DNA from: Escherichia phage ime09
Reading direction: 5' to 3' (one strand)
DNA length: 64,000 nt
Sequence record: NC_019503.1
The translations under genes were made by a program, and so were the position numbers. Under the pieces are notes generated by a model. That model was given only the letters and a program-made list of their open reading frames with translations, did not search any database and was not told the DNA's origin. Below, one piece after another: positions 1 to 9,020 of the stretch. Position 1 is the stretch's first letter; each line of letters begins with the position of its first letter.

Positions 1-1631
1 ACAGTAAACCGACCAACTTTCTTCATTTGGAGATGCTGACCATATGCTTGTGGGTCATGGTCTCTATGCGAAATAACAAAAACGTTAGTATTTTTTAAAC
101 TATCTAAAATAGTTGAAATAGCTTTTACACCTTCAACATCAGTTGCTGAATCAAAAACTTCATCGAGAATTAGTGTGTTTATTTTAACACCTGAAACTTT
201 TTCAGCAATATCACGCCAAGTAAATAAAAGAGCAATATCAATTCGTGCTTTTTCACCTTGACTAAATGAAGCATAACTAAAATCTTCACGACCACGGGAT
301 TTAATTGTTTCATTAAATTCTTCATCTAATGTAAACACATAATCCGCTTCCATTATTTTAAGATAATGGTTAATTTGCTTATTAAATAATGGAATGTACT
401 TTTTAATAATAGCACCTTTAATACCAGAATCTTTGAGCATATCAGTCAAAATTCCTCTGTGGTATTTTTCCATTACTAAATTAGTTTTTGTCTTAACAAT
501 TTTATCAAGTTCTTCTTGAAGCAGTGCTATTTCATCAGCATGGTCAATAAACTCGGATGATGCTTTTTCTATAGCTGCTTTAACTTTTTTAGCTTTATCT
601 ACAGTCGTGATTAGAGATTGCTTTTTATTGCGAATATCATTCGCCAGCGTCTGCTGGGTTTTAATATTATCTCGGTATTCATCAACGAGAACTTTTAAAT
701 TATCACGATGTGTTGAAAGCTGTTCAAACGAATGCGTGCATTCAGAAACTTTATCTTTAATTTTAGAAACAACTTTATCACCGGAACTTAATTGTGACAA
801 ACAGGTTGGACATAATCCACCTTCGTGATACATATTAATGACTTTATTATACGAGTCAATTTTTGATTTAATTAAAAATGCTTCTTGACCGATTTTATTA
901 AATGCATCAGTCGGGTCTTCATCCAAAACAATATTAACTAATCTTTCATTAGCTTCTTCTATTTCCGATTTTAGCGTTCTAGCTTCTTTTGCCAAATCAT
1001 CATACATATTCTGTAGACGAGTAAGGTTGTCACCAGTTAATTTTTTCTGGCGTTCAACGTTATCATTATATATTTTAATTTGCTGGATAATACTATCTTT
1101 TTTAACATCAAGCACTTGGTTTTGTGAATTTAATTCACGTATTAGTGCTTTATTAAGCTTATCCATTTCAGCTAATGTTCCTACCTCAAGCAGGTCTTCG
1201 ACGAGTTTTCTTCTTGCAGGAGTGGATAGGCCCATAAAAGGGGTATATCCAGCCGTGCCGAGTACGACGATCTGTTTGAAACTGGCGTATGACATTCCGA
1301 TAAGCTGTTCAAATTCTGCTTGGAAATCTTTACTGCTGGCAGATTCATTAAGACGTGTACCGTTAACGGTGATTTCGAAAACGTTTGGTTTTTGTCCTCT
1401 TTTGATGTAGTACTTTTTCTCATCATATTCCATCCACAGTTCAACTAAAAGTTCTTTCTTATTTGTGCTGTTTATTAATTGACCTTTCTTTACATCACGA
1501 AATGGCTTGCCAAAAAGCCCAAATGTGATGGCTTCTAACATAGTAGACTTACCACCGCCATTTCGCCCGGTAATAAGAGTTTTTTGAACCTTATCTAGTT
1601 GAATGTCAATAGGATTTCCACCTACTGACAT
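1..1631 (-). CDS. 46: Recombination endonuclease ATPase subunit gp46 (SbcC/Rad50-like); C-terminal end cut by window edge
   Basis: Minus-strand ORF starting ATG at 1629-1631 (MSVGGNPIDIQ...), Walker A GRNGGGKST, ABC signature SQGEKARIDIALLF, Walker B LILDEVFDS; sits downstream of 47 as in T4. Confidence 0.9.
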   Translation of the reverse strand, partial: MSVGGNPIDIQLDKVQKTLITGRNGGGKSTMLEAITFGLFGKPFRDVKKGQLINSTNKKELLVELWMEYDEKKYYIKRGQKPNVFEITVNGTRLNESASSKDFQAEFEQLIGMSYASFKQIVVLGTAGYTPFMGLSTPARRKLVEDLLEVGTLAEMDKLNKALIRELNSQNQVLDVKKDSIIQQIKIYNDNVERQKKLTGDNLTRLQNMYDDLAKEARTLKSEIEEANERLVNIVLDEDPTDAFNKIGQEAFLIKSKIDSYNKVINMYHEGGLCPTCLSQLSSGDKVVSKIKDKVSECTHSFEQLSTHRDNLKVLVDEYRDNIKTQQTLANDIRNKKQSLITTVDKAKKVKAAIEKASSEFIDHADEIALLQEELDKIVKTKTNLVMEKYHRGILTDMLKDSGIKGAIIKKYIPLFNKQINHYLKIMEADYVFTLDEEFNETIKSRGREDFSYASFSQGEKARIDIALLFTWRDIAEKVSGVKINTLILDEVFDSATDVEGVKAISTILDSLKNTNVFVISHRDHDPQAYGQHLQMKKVGRFT

Positions 1632-1669
1632 TATATTTTGATACCTAACTCGGTTTAGTTTAAAATTCT

Positions 1670-1933
1670 TCACAAAAGATTCCTTTTAATGTATCTTTTA
1701 GACCATTCTATCATATCATCATAATCTAAAAAGTATTCATCAAATTCAGCCATGCAAACAACACCTTGTGCTGCCTTTGATGTGATATAAATTATTCCAA
1801 CATATCTAGAATCTTCTTCGGTGTAATCAATATTTGCTATGAATTCATCGTTAATGTCAAATGTCGAAAACTTCACAGTATGCATCCTTAATGCAAGATA
1901 CAGCCATATCTTGTAATGATTTAGGTGTGTCAT
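1670..1933 (-). CDS. Hypothetical small protein (46.x position); likely starts at an internal Met
   Basis: ORF track 87 aa; overlaps next ORF by 77 bp in a different frame, so true start probably downstream (e.g. MHTVKF...). Confidence 0.4.
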   Translation of the reverse strand: MTHLNHYKIWLYLALRMHTVKFSTFDINDEFIANIDYTEEDSRYVGIIYITSKAAQGVVCMAEFDEYFLDYDDMIEWSKRYIKRNLL

Positions 1934-2120
1934 TATCTAAAATGTTGAAGTTAAAAGATACAGCCCAGTCAGTGCAGACCGTAACCTTTTTAATACAATT
2001 ATCTTCAACCTCTAGCGGTTCAAACCAATATTCAATAATTTCTTTATGCCCAATATCATCTTTTACTTCGCATTCAAAATGCTGACTCATCATAACATTT
2101 TTAAATTCATCAAAAGTCAT
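1857..2120 (-). CDS. Hypothetical small protein (46.x position)
   Basis: ORF track 87 aa; ATG overlaps stop of gene 47 (2117-2120). Confidence 0.45.
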   Translation of the reverse strand: MTFDEFKNVMMSQHFECEVKDDIGHKEIIEYWFEPLEVEDNCIKKVTVCTDWAVSFNFNILDNDTPKSLQDMAVSCIKDAYCEVFDI

Positions 2121-3136
2121 TGTGTTGCCTCTACATATAACTGATTTGCATATTGAATAAGTGCTTCGCGATCAGAATCAGTGATGTCTGGAATTGCATT
2201 AATGTATTCTTCCATCAACGTCTGAAGAGATTGAACTTCAACTTCTTCGCTATCATCTGACTCGACAGAGTTATCAATCTTTGACACAACTCGTAATGAA
2301 TGCACAACTTTTTCTAGTTCAGATTCGAACTTCGTTAGATTTTTGTCTACTTCGGTTACTATAACACGTACTGATAGATTTGTAAAATCTTTATAGTCAA
2401 TTTTTCCCTTAAATGGATATTGAATTCGACGATGCCAGGTGGTGTTGTTTGGAATAAATTCCATTCGTTCTGTTTCTGTATCAAACATCCAGAACCCACG
2501 AGGGTCATTCTCGTCACCTGCAGTTAGTGTCCATGGTGTCCCAATATATCTGACGTTAGCAGCCTCAGAGATAGTATGGAAGTGACCAGACCACACCTCT
2601 TTATAAGTCTTAAGGAAATCAGGTTCAAGACCGTGAGATTTCATTCCTTTATAAAAATAAAATCCATTCAGTTCCCAGTGACCGACACAAAAAGAAGCAG
2701 ATGAAGTTTTGATGTGTTCAAGAATTTCACCAGTATTTTCTTCGCACATCCAAGGAATTAAATCAATCAAACATCCGTCAAAATCTACTGTAGTAGGCTT
2801 ATCATATACTTTAACATTAGGATATTTAGCCAAAAGCTCAGTAGAAGCATTTGGAGTTAAAGTATTTTTAAAGTGCATATCATGGTTTCCTACAACAGTA
2901 TGTAGGGTAATACCAGCATCATCAAGCATTTGAACTATTTCACGGGCGAACTCCATAGTTTTATGTGTGATTGCTTTTCGCACATCAAAAATATCGCCAT
3001 ATTGAATCCATATAGTAATTCCGTTTTTCTTAGAATATTCTATTGCTTGTTTAATTCCATCCAACTGAATGGATTGAACCCACTCATCATCGGCTTTAAC
3101 ACCTAAATGCCAATCACCTAAATTTAAAATTTTCAT
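2117..3136 (-). CDS. 47: Recombination nuclease subunit gp47 (SbcD/Mre11-like phosphoesterase)
   Basis: 339 aa, MKILNLGDWHLG start, phosphoesterase motifs GDWHLG / GDIFD / GNHD; length and position match T4 gp47. Confidence 0.93.
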   Translation of the reverse strand: MKILNLGDWHLGVKADDEWVQSIQLDGIKQAIEYSKKNGITIWIQYGDIFDVRKAITHKTMEFAREIVQMLDDAGITLHTVVGNHDMHFKNTLTPNASTELLAKYPNVKVYDKPTTVDFDGCLIDLIPWMCEENTGEILEHIKTSSASFCVGHWELNGFYFYKGMKSHGLEPDFLKTYKEVWSGHFHTISEAANVRYIGTPWTLTAGDENDPRGFWMFDTETERMEFIPNNTTWHRRIQYPFKGKIDYKDFTNLSVRVIVTEVDKNLTKFESELEKVVHSLRVVSKIDNSVESDDSEEVEVQSLQTLMEEYINAIPDITDSDREALIQYANQLYVEATQ

Positions 3137-3296
3137 ATGTCAAGAACCGCCATTGAAATGCAAAATAAAATTATTGAAATAAATCCATCTGGAGTACTAA
3201 AGAACCCAATCCAACATGCTCTGGTGAACAAATAAAACGCTAGAAAAAGTATCACATATCCAAGAAATATCATTATATCAAACTCCGTATAAAGCT

Positions 3297-3319
3297 AAAG
3301 GGCCGAAGCCCTTTATTTT
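3297..3319 (-). terminator. Terminator-like hairpin overlapping a-gt stop
   Basis: AAAGGGCcgaaGCCCTTT stem-loop with flanking A/T runs. Confidence 0.45.
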
Positions 3320-4515
3320 GTAATAATGTCAAACTGTTCTTTAAAGCAGAAGCTTGAATCTTGATGCTGATACAAAAATTCATAAGCTTTTTCGCGTTCA
3401 CGGTCATAAAGAGCTCGGTCAGATGACAGTTCTTTAATACGTTCAAATGTTGATTCCATGTCATTTTCATCAAACCAAACGATACCACTATCATGAGAAA
3501 TTAACGGAGTATTATCAACACGGAATTTTAAATTTTCGCCAGTAGATTTCCAAAATACTGGAATTGTTCCGCACGCACCAAGCTCGAGATGAGTATATTC
3601 TAAAGAACGTTGTAGATATTTTTTATCCAACTTACTCAACTGATAACCAAATCCGGATTTACTCATGCGTTCAAGCATTTCGCTATTTACATAACGGTCG
3701 AGAATTTGCGTTGGCAAATTAGGAGCAATTTTAATTTGGTCTACTTGATGAAGACGATAATACTCGTATGGAATTCCTTTTTCTTTAATAGGAATGAACG
3801 CTGGAGAACGTTCCAGACCTTCCATAATAGTACTTAGTCCTGCAGGTTTAAGATGTTTTTCGTGAAAATCAAACATCTGATAAAAACCTTTCCATGTAGT
3901 CGTACGACCAATCCAGCGGTTGACATTCATGTTAATTTCAGAAACATCTTTCCAGTAGGTTGATCGAACCTTCGCAATATCCATAGGAGGCTGAAAGTTG
4001 TATACGGTCGGTGCTTCTTCAATATCATCAAACAGAGAAACTGTTTCTGGATACCATTCTTTCATCAGAACTTTATTAAAATCACCATTATCAGAATGAC
4101 TAAAAATAACATCAGCTCGACGAACAGTTTCTTCTAATCCCAAATTTCGGCGCAAAGAAAGAGAAGAATGGTCATGTTGATAAACTACAACACGAACTGA
4201 AGGTTTAATGTTATCAATAATTTTTTTATAGTTATTAATAGTGTCTTCTTCTACTGAAGTAGCAGGAACTGAATTGATAATTAGAATATCACAATCATTT
4301 ACCAGCTTAAGTGTTTTATCGTATTCTTTTGCCAATAAAACCGGAATTGAAAATGATTTATAATCATGCGCGCAATTACGAGTAAATGATTTATCTTTAG
4401 CATAAACCAAAGTTACTTCATGACCATTTTTAATAAACCAATCACGCTGCTCGAGAGAAAATTTAGTTACGCCGCAACCTTCAAGACCTCGAGCCATAAA
4501 AATACATACTTTCAT
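3313..4515 (-). CDS. agt: DNA alpha-glucosyltransferase
   Basis: 400 aa, same length and position (between 47 and 55) as T4 a-gt; N-terminus MKVCIFMARGLEGCGVTKFSLEQ. Confidence 0.88.
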   Translation of the reverse strand: MKVCIFMARGLEGCGVTKFSLEQRDWFIKNGHEVTLVYAKDKSFTRNCAHDYKSFSIPVLLAKEYDKTLKLVNDCDILIINSVPATSVEEDTINNYKKIIDNIKPSVRVVVYQHDHSSLSLRRNLGLEETVRRADVIFSHSDNGDFNKVLMKEWYPETVSLFDDIEEAPTVYNFQPPMDIAKVRSTYWKDVSEINMNVNRWIGRTTTWKGFYQMFDFHEKHLKPAGLSTIMEGLERSPAFIPIKEKGIPYEYYRLHQVDQIKIAPNLPTQILDRYVNSEMLERMSKSGFGYQLSKLDKKYLQRSLEYTHLELGACGTIPVFWKSTGENLKFRVDNTPLISHDSGIVWFDENDMESTFERIKELSSDRALYDREREKAYEFLYQHQDSSFCFKEQFDIITK

Positions 4516-4565
4516 TTAATATCCTCATTGTTTTGGTTTATTTTACCAAAAATTTATAAAGCAAT

Positions 4566-4584
4566 ATAGGAGCCGAAGCTCCTA
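4566..4584 (-). terminator. Terminator-like hairpin upstream of a-gt
   Basis: TAGGAGCcgaaGCTCCTA stem-loop followed by U-rich sequence on minus RNA. Confidence 0.45.
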
Positions 4585-4758
4585 TCCGCATAATACACCA
4601 TACAGAGGCTCATTAGAGCTTCTAAATTTTATACGCTTATATGTTATAGTTCCTTCTGCTTTAGCTTTATCATGAGACTCTTTAAAGCGTCTCATCATTT
4701 CTACTTTAGAGGAACGAATTTTATTATAATCTATTTCAGAAGTCTGGGTGTTCATCTT

Positions 4759-4965
4759 TCACAGTTGCCACCATTTTTTGACTTGATAGGAATCAACCCA
4801 CACTTTCATATTAGGGTCTGCTCTTACAATAGGAGGATTAACTTCTTTAATTGAACTATCATGGTATTCTTTTTCAGAAATTTTCACGCAAAGATGACCA
4901 TTCAAAGATTCAGTAAATCCTGCATTAATTTTAAGACGCTTGAATTTTACGTGTGTAAGCATCAA
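4759..4965 (-). CDS. Hypothetical small protein
   Basis: ORF track 68 aa in minus-strand gene train; start may be internal. Confidence 0.35.
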   Translation of the reverse strand: MMLTHVKFKRLKINAGFTESLNGHLCVKISEKEYHDSSIKEVNPPIVRADPNMKVWVDSYQVKKWWQL

Positions 4966-5248
4966 TCATATCCTCAATCTGCGATCTAGTAGTCTTCCAA
5001 AGAATACTAATAAGTTCATCGTTATATGGCTGTTTTAGAATATCCCGACTTTTCTTGATAGCATATTCGTATTGAGCAAAATTATTGTTTTCAGCTGCAA
5101 TCTGAGCGTGCTTATAAAGACGGTTCAGTTCGCGTTTGTTTTTAGACAATAACTTATTTGCTTTTCTTTCTGCTTCAAGACGGTTCTTTTCTTCAATAGA
5201 AGAAATAAGCTTTTCCACTTCATCATTAATTTCGGGTTTATCAGTCAT
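4931..5248 (-). CDS. Hypothetical coiled-coil protein
   Basis: ORF track 105 aa, charged helical sequence. Confidence 0.5.
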   Translation of the reverse strand: MTDKPEINDEVEKLISSIEEKNRLEAERKANKLLSKNKRELNRLYKHAQIAAENNNFAQYEYAIKKSRDILKQPYNDELISILWKTTRSQIEDMIDAYTRKIQAS

Positions 5249-5249
5249 A

Positions 5250-5468
5250 TTATTTCTCTAATATAAAATAAAAATCATCATCTGTTAAATGATACCGATA
5301 GTTTAATTCTACACCATTAGATTTAAAAGCGGTATCATACGGATTTTCTGGATCAATATCAATGTCAAGAGCTAAAACTTCCCTGAGATACATTTTAAGT
5401 AAATAGGGAATAGCTTCAACTTCAGGTATTTCTTCCAAGAATCCGGAGAGGTTAATCGTTAGCCTCAT
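5250..5468 (-). CDS. Hypothetical small protein
   Basis: ORF track 72 aa; start overlaps gp55 stop region. Confidence 0.45.
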
Positions 5469-6015
5469 ATAAAAAATCCAAACTAGGAGAATCGTCTACA
5501 ACACTTTTCTTTTCAGCCCCCGGTGTTCTATAGGTTGATTCTTCGTAATGCGTCATTTTATCGTAGATGTCTTGAATAAAAGTTTCATCTACTAACGCAA
5601 CCATATCGTCGTCACGACTGTCATAGACATTGTGAACGAAGTAACTGTATTTCTTTGCAACTTCCTTACGTTCTTTTTTAATACGTTGGACGAATGCATT
5701 AAAACAAGCTTGAGTTATATATGCATGTGGGTTTTTATATTTCGTTTCATCAAAATTATGAAGCCCCTTAATAGAAGCTTCTATACCATCTGCAATCATT
5801 TCTTGTTTCCAGGATTGGGTGTATCCTGAAAAGTTGAAACGTTTAGATAAGCCTTCTGCAATAAGCATAATGGCTAATCCGATAGTATCATTCTGACGAA
5901 CTACTTTATTTGGGTCTTTATTATTTGCTAATTCTGTTTTCCAATCAATAATAGCTTGTAAAAGCTCTTTATTGTTTACGTAATTATATTTAGGCTTAGT
6001 TTCTGACATTTTCAC
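5452..6015 (-). CDS. 55: Late-transcription sigma factor gp55
   Basis: 187 aa, [26 protein letters not shown]... matches recalled T4 gp55 sequence and position. Confidence 0.92.
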
Positions 6016-6087
6016 CTCTTAGCTCAATTCATAGATCTATTATATCATAATATTTGAAGATCTATCTTAAAGCATAGAGGATATCAG

Positions 6088-6357
6088 TTATCTAAGTAAG
6101 CAGTATGCTTGGAATACTTTCTCCATCATCTTTTTAAATTCATGAATATCTATATAATGACTAGTTAAATCAGCATGATATAAAAAGTCTAAAAACTTTT
6201 CATGTGTGCTAACATATTCACTTTCATTTAATTCAGAAACATGGCTTTCCCAATATCCAACACCAGTCTTATTTGGGAAAAATGAAATTTTCATGTATTG
6301 GTCAACATAGAAAATGCCATAATTTTCAATAGTAATAGAAATATTAATAAATTTCAT
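6088..6357 (-). CDS. Hypothetical protein (55.x)
   Basis: ORF track 89 aa, tightly packed with neighbours. Confidence 0.5.
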   Translation of the reverse strand: MKFINISITIENYGIFYVDQYMKISFFPNKTGVGYWESHVSELNESEYVSTHEKFLDFLYHADLTSHYIDIHEFKKMMEKVFQAYCLLR

Positions 6358-6575
6358 ACATTCATCAACTTAGCCGCTTCAAGAGCTGCATCTAACGAAT
6401 CAAACTGGTCAACGTATTCAATCAATTCGCCATAATTAGCGTATAACCACCATTGGCTAAATTCATACTCAAGGATGAATCCATTTCCTTCAATTTGAGT
6501 TAAACCAATGCCATTTGTATTTACTTCATATCCGGCAAGACGTAAATCGTTAATAAGAGCTTCGTTCATATTCAT
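6354..6575 (-). CDS. Hypothetical protein (55.x)
   Basis: ORF track 73 aa, 4-bp start/stop overlaps with both neighbours. Confidence 0.5.
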   Translation of the reverse strand: MNMNEALINDLRLAGYEVNTNGIGLTQIEGNGFILEYEFSQWWLYANYGELIEYVDQFDSLDAALEAAKLMNV

Positions 6576-6898
6576 ACCTTAGCAATTTTCAGGTCAGCAA
6601 ATTTTTTCTTGCGTTGATTTTTCATACGACGAATAGTTTTATCGGAAATTTCATGCTTTTGATAAGCTTTAGATTCTACACCAAAAGCTTTAACATCAAA
6701 TTCTGACAAGATATATTGAACCAACAATTCGCGGACAGTATTGCGTCCAATCTTCTGATCATTCTGTTTCATCGTCTGATGAAGCTCTTTTTCCCATTTA
6801 TCCAAAATTTGAGGAGTTACAATATCGCCTTTTTCTAGCAAAGAAACTACTTTATCATATGCGTAAGAATTGATGGCGTTTTTAATTTGAATAGTCAT
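6572..6898 (-). CDS. Hypothetical protein (55.x)
   Basis: ORF track 108 aa. Confidence 0.55.
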   Translation of the reverse strand: MTIQIKNAINSYAYDKVVSLLEKGDIVTPQILDKWEKELHQTMKQNDQKIGRNTVRELLVQYILSEFDVKAFGVESKAYQKHEISDKTIRRMKNQRKKKFADLKIAKV

Positions 6899-6937
6899 AC
6901 ATTATCCTCAATTGCATTAAAATTTTATTATCCAAAA

Positions 6938-6951
6938 AGGGCCGAAGCCCT
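6938..6951 (-). terminator. Rho-independent terminator
   Basis: GGGCcgaaGCCC hairpin followed by UUUUUGG on minus RNA. Confidence 0.6.
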
Positions 6952-7151
6952 TAGCTAAACTGTTTGGCACCCTTCCAGCCTTCGTACATCATTGCGGCTG
7001 ATATTAATATTGCTCCTGCGCATTTTGAATATTTGTGATTCCAAAACCAGTTTAGAAAAACTTCGTCATCAATACCTTGGGCTATCATATTTTCAAAGAA
7101 CTGACGACGAGCTTCAGCAATTCGTTGCGATAATTTAGATTCAGGATTCAT
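6951..7151 (-). CDS. Hypothetical small protein
   Basis: ORF track 66 aa; followed by terminator-like hairpin. Confidence 0.45.
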   Translation of the reverse strand: MNPESKLSQRIAEARRQFFENMIAQGIDDEVFLNWFWNHKYSKCAGAILISAAMMYEGWKGAKQFS

Positions 7152-7367
7152 TTAAATTTTCCAGTTACCATTTTCATCAATAAATTTAATCCAGTCATTT
7201 ACTGACCACCTGGTCGTATCGCCTTTTGGAGCAACATTTAAAGTGTATAATCCTTGTTTAAAAAGCATGCGTTTGATATTCATATTTTCCTCAGCTGTAA
7301 CGATAGCACTCGTTTGATTTACGCTTAGCAACTCGTTGAGAAGTATTGTAATCAAAATCATCGTCAA
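7152..7367 (-). CDS. Hypothetical small protein; true start possibly internal Met (MNIKRMLF..., 7283)
   Basis: ORF track 71 aa; N-terminal part overlaps upstream ORF end. Confidence 0.4.
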   Translation of the reverse strand: MTMILITILLNELLSVNQTSAIVTAEENMNIKRMLFKQGLYTLNVAPKGDTTRWSVNDWIKFIDENGNWKI

Positions 7368-7623
7368 TGTAAACTGATTTTTTCAACTTTCTTACTTCAC
7401 CACGTAATTGACGATTTAGCTCATCTTTAACTTCTGAATCGATGCCTTTCATTCTACGCCATTTATCTGAGCGAAAAATGTTTTCGACCATATCTTTATG
7501 ACTTACACCATCAGGAGCTTTACGCTTTCCGAAATAGTCATAATCACGAACTTTTAAGTCTTTACGACGATACGTTTTACCCATGGAGTTTAATTTCCTT
7601 AGCAACTGAACTAAATACAGCAC
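7291..7623 (-). CDS. Hypothetical basic protein; probable true start MGKTYRRK at 7584
   Basis: ORF track 110 aa; internal ATG overlaps stop of upstream 58-aa ORF in ATGGGTAA arrangement. Confidence 0.45.
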   Translation of the reverse strand: MLYLVQLLRKLNSMGKTYRRKDLKVRDYDYFGKRKAPDGVSHKDMVENIFRSDKWRRMKGIDSEVKDELNRQLRGEVRKLKKSVYIDDDFDYNTSQRVAKRKSNECYRYS

Positions 7624-7753
7624 GATCGCAAATCATCTGTTTATTCCATTTAAGTACAGTATAATGAACATCTAGATCATCTACTGCTGTAACAATAACA
7701 ATATGTCCGTTAACACGATAATACTGATCCCTTTTAATCTCTTTATCAACCAT
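7577..7753 (-). CDS. Small ORF (58 aa, MVDKEIKRDQYYRVNGH...) missed by the 60-aa ORF cutoff
   Basis: Hand translation of minus strand; GAGG Shine-Dalgarno upstream; lies downstream of an early promoter. Confidence 0.3.
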   Translation of the reverse strand: MVDKEIKRDQYYRVNGHIVIVTAVDDLDVHYTVLKWNKQMICDRAVFSSVAKEIKLHG

Positions 7754-7783
7754 ATCAAATCCTCAAAGGCAATTCATATGTTA

Positions 7784-7835
7784 ATAATACCACAGTTTGA
7801 ACTTCTTGTAAACAACTTTGTGAAAATTATTTTAG
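7784..7835 (-). promoter_or_regulatory. T4-type early promoter (minus strand): -35 GTTTACA, -10 TATTAT, AT-rich UP element
   Basis: Plus strand shows tgtaaac (7808-7814) and ataata (7784-7789) plus the recurring gtgaaaattatttt cassette. Confidence 0.55.
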
Positions 7836-7884
7836 GGAATGATAAGAAGGGAACGATAGCTTAGAATGGTAATATACAGAATGT

Positions 7885-7898
7885 GAGAAAGAAAGGCC
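7885..7898 (-). terminator. Rho-independent terminator-like hairpin after nrdH
   Basis: GGCCCagagGGGCC stem-loop followed by U-rich run on minus-strand transcript. Confidence 0.5.
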
Positions 7899-7911
7899 CA
7901 GAGGGCCCGTC

Positions 7912-8220
7912 TTAATCTTCTATGATATCTCTATCATATCCAAGTGAAATGAGAGTTTCTTTGAAGTGTTTAATGTTCTTTTGTCTAGAATCATTGATGA
8001 AAATGACTGGATAACGAATGTTAAGAGATGTGAATCCAGCGCGTTTAGCAAGAGATACAATCAGTGGACGATCATACTCAATCTTACCATTATTTGTAAG
8101 AACTTTATAGAAAGTAAAAGGAGCATTGAGCTCCTTTAGAAGTTTTGTAACTGATTGACATCCAGGACAACGACCTACTTCATCTGGAATTCCATAGATT
8201 TCAATCTTGTTTTGTTTCAC
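7912..8220 (-). CDS. nrdH: Glutaredoxin-like redoxin
   Basis: 102 aa, CPGC redox motif near N-terminus, located just downstream of nrdG as in T4. Confidence 0.75.
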   Translation of the reverse strand: MKQNKIEIYGIPDEVGRCPGCQSVTKLLKELNAPFTFYKVLTNNGKIEYDRPLIVSLAKRAGFTSLNIRYPVIFINDSRQKNIKHFKETLISLGYDRDIIED

Positions 8221-8222
8221 AA

Positions 8223-8459
8223 CTATTCCTTACTAAGAGCAGCATTCAGCTTGTTAGTAATTTTATCCAGACGCTCATTGAATTCGCTAGAAGATAGTCC
8301 TTTTTCTGGAGAAATCAAACTAATTACGAAAAATATAGCAATAAAAGGAATAAGGAAAATAGCTCCAACTGCCATAAACAGAAAGAATGTTACAGTTGTA
8401 AGAAAATCAGCTAAACCTTTGCGAAATTTATACATATTTACCCTTAATTGATTAACCAA
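8223..8459 (-). CDS. Small membrane protein
   Basis: 78 aa with a long hydrophobic helix (FFLFMAVGAIFLIPFIAIFFVISLI). Confidence 0.5.
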   Translation of the reverse strand: MVNQLRVNMYKFRKGLADFLTTVTFFLFMAVGAIFLIPFIAIFFVISLISPEKGLSSSEFNERLDKITNKLNAALSKE

Positions 8460-8549
8460 GCATTGATAAGCACTAAACTATATTGCGAATAAAATTCTGG
8501 ACCAAAATGAAAAATCATATCATTTATAGTGTCCATAATATAATTCAAT

Positions 8550-9020
8550 TTAATCATGTTTCCACACCCCATCGGTATTTGACCAAAGTCGCTGATTATC
8601 TGATCCTCGCCACAGCTTTTTGGTCGGAAGATTTTTCTCATACTTCCCATCAATAATAACATCAACATATTTAAGCATTTCTAGTTGTTTAATATCTTCA
8701 AACTTATATCCTGTCCACAACCAAATGCTTTTATTGGGATAAAGATTTTTTACTGTTTGAACAATGCAATGAACAACATCTCTATTATCAGGATAAAGAG
8801 GGTCTCCTCCGGTTATAGTTAATCCTTCTATATAATCATTATTCAAACATTCAATTAATTGTTCTAGTGTTTCACCAGTGAATGGAACGCCATTTCTAGC
8901 GTTCCATGTTGATTTATTATAACACCCTTCGCATTTATGCAAACAGCCTGTGACGAAAAGAACGACCCTGCATCCAGGGCCATTCACAAAATCGCAAGGA
9001 TAAAATCTATCATAATTCAT
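8550..9020 (-). CDS. nrdG: Anaerobic ribonucleotide reductase activating protein (radical SAM)
   Basis: 156 aa, CxxxCxxC cluster (CLHKCEGC), start overlaps nrdD stop. Confidence 0.9.
   Translation of the reverse strand: MNYDRFYPCDFVNGPGCRVVLFVTGCLHKCEGCYNKSTWNARNGVPFTGETLEQLIECLNNDYIEGLTITGGDPLYPDNRDVVHCIVQTVKNLYPNKSIWLWTGYKFEDIKQLEMLKYVDVIIDGKYEKNLPTKKLWRGSDNQRLWSNTDGVWKHD

Noticed and set aside
607-1444. Plus-strand ORFs 607..828 and 1027..1410 and minus ORF 1181..1444
   Set aside because: Lie inside gene 46 coding sequence in other frames or on the opposite strand; gene 46 is strongly supported by ATPase motifs
3273-3494. 73-aa ORF overlapping the a-gt 3' end
   Set aside because: Almost entirely inside the a-gt coding region in another frame
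8444-8668. 74-aa ORF overlapping the 3' end of nrdG
   Set aside because: Overlaps nrdG by ~120 bp in a different frame; nrdG is supported by the radical-SAM Cys motif
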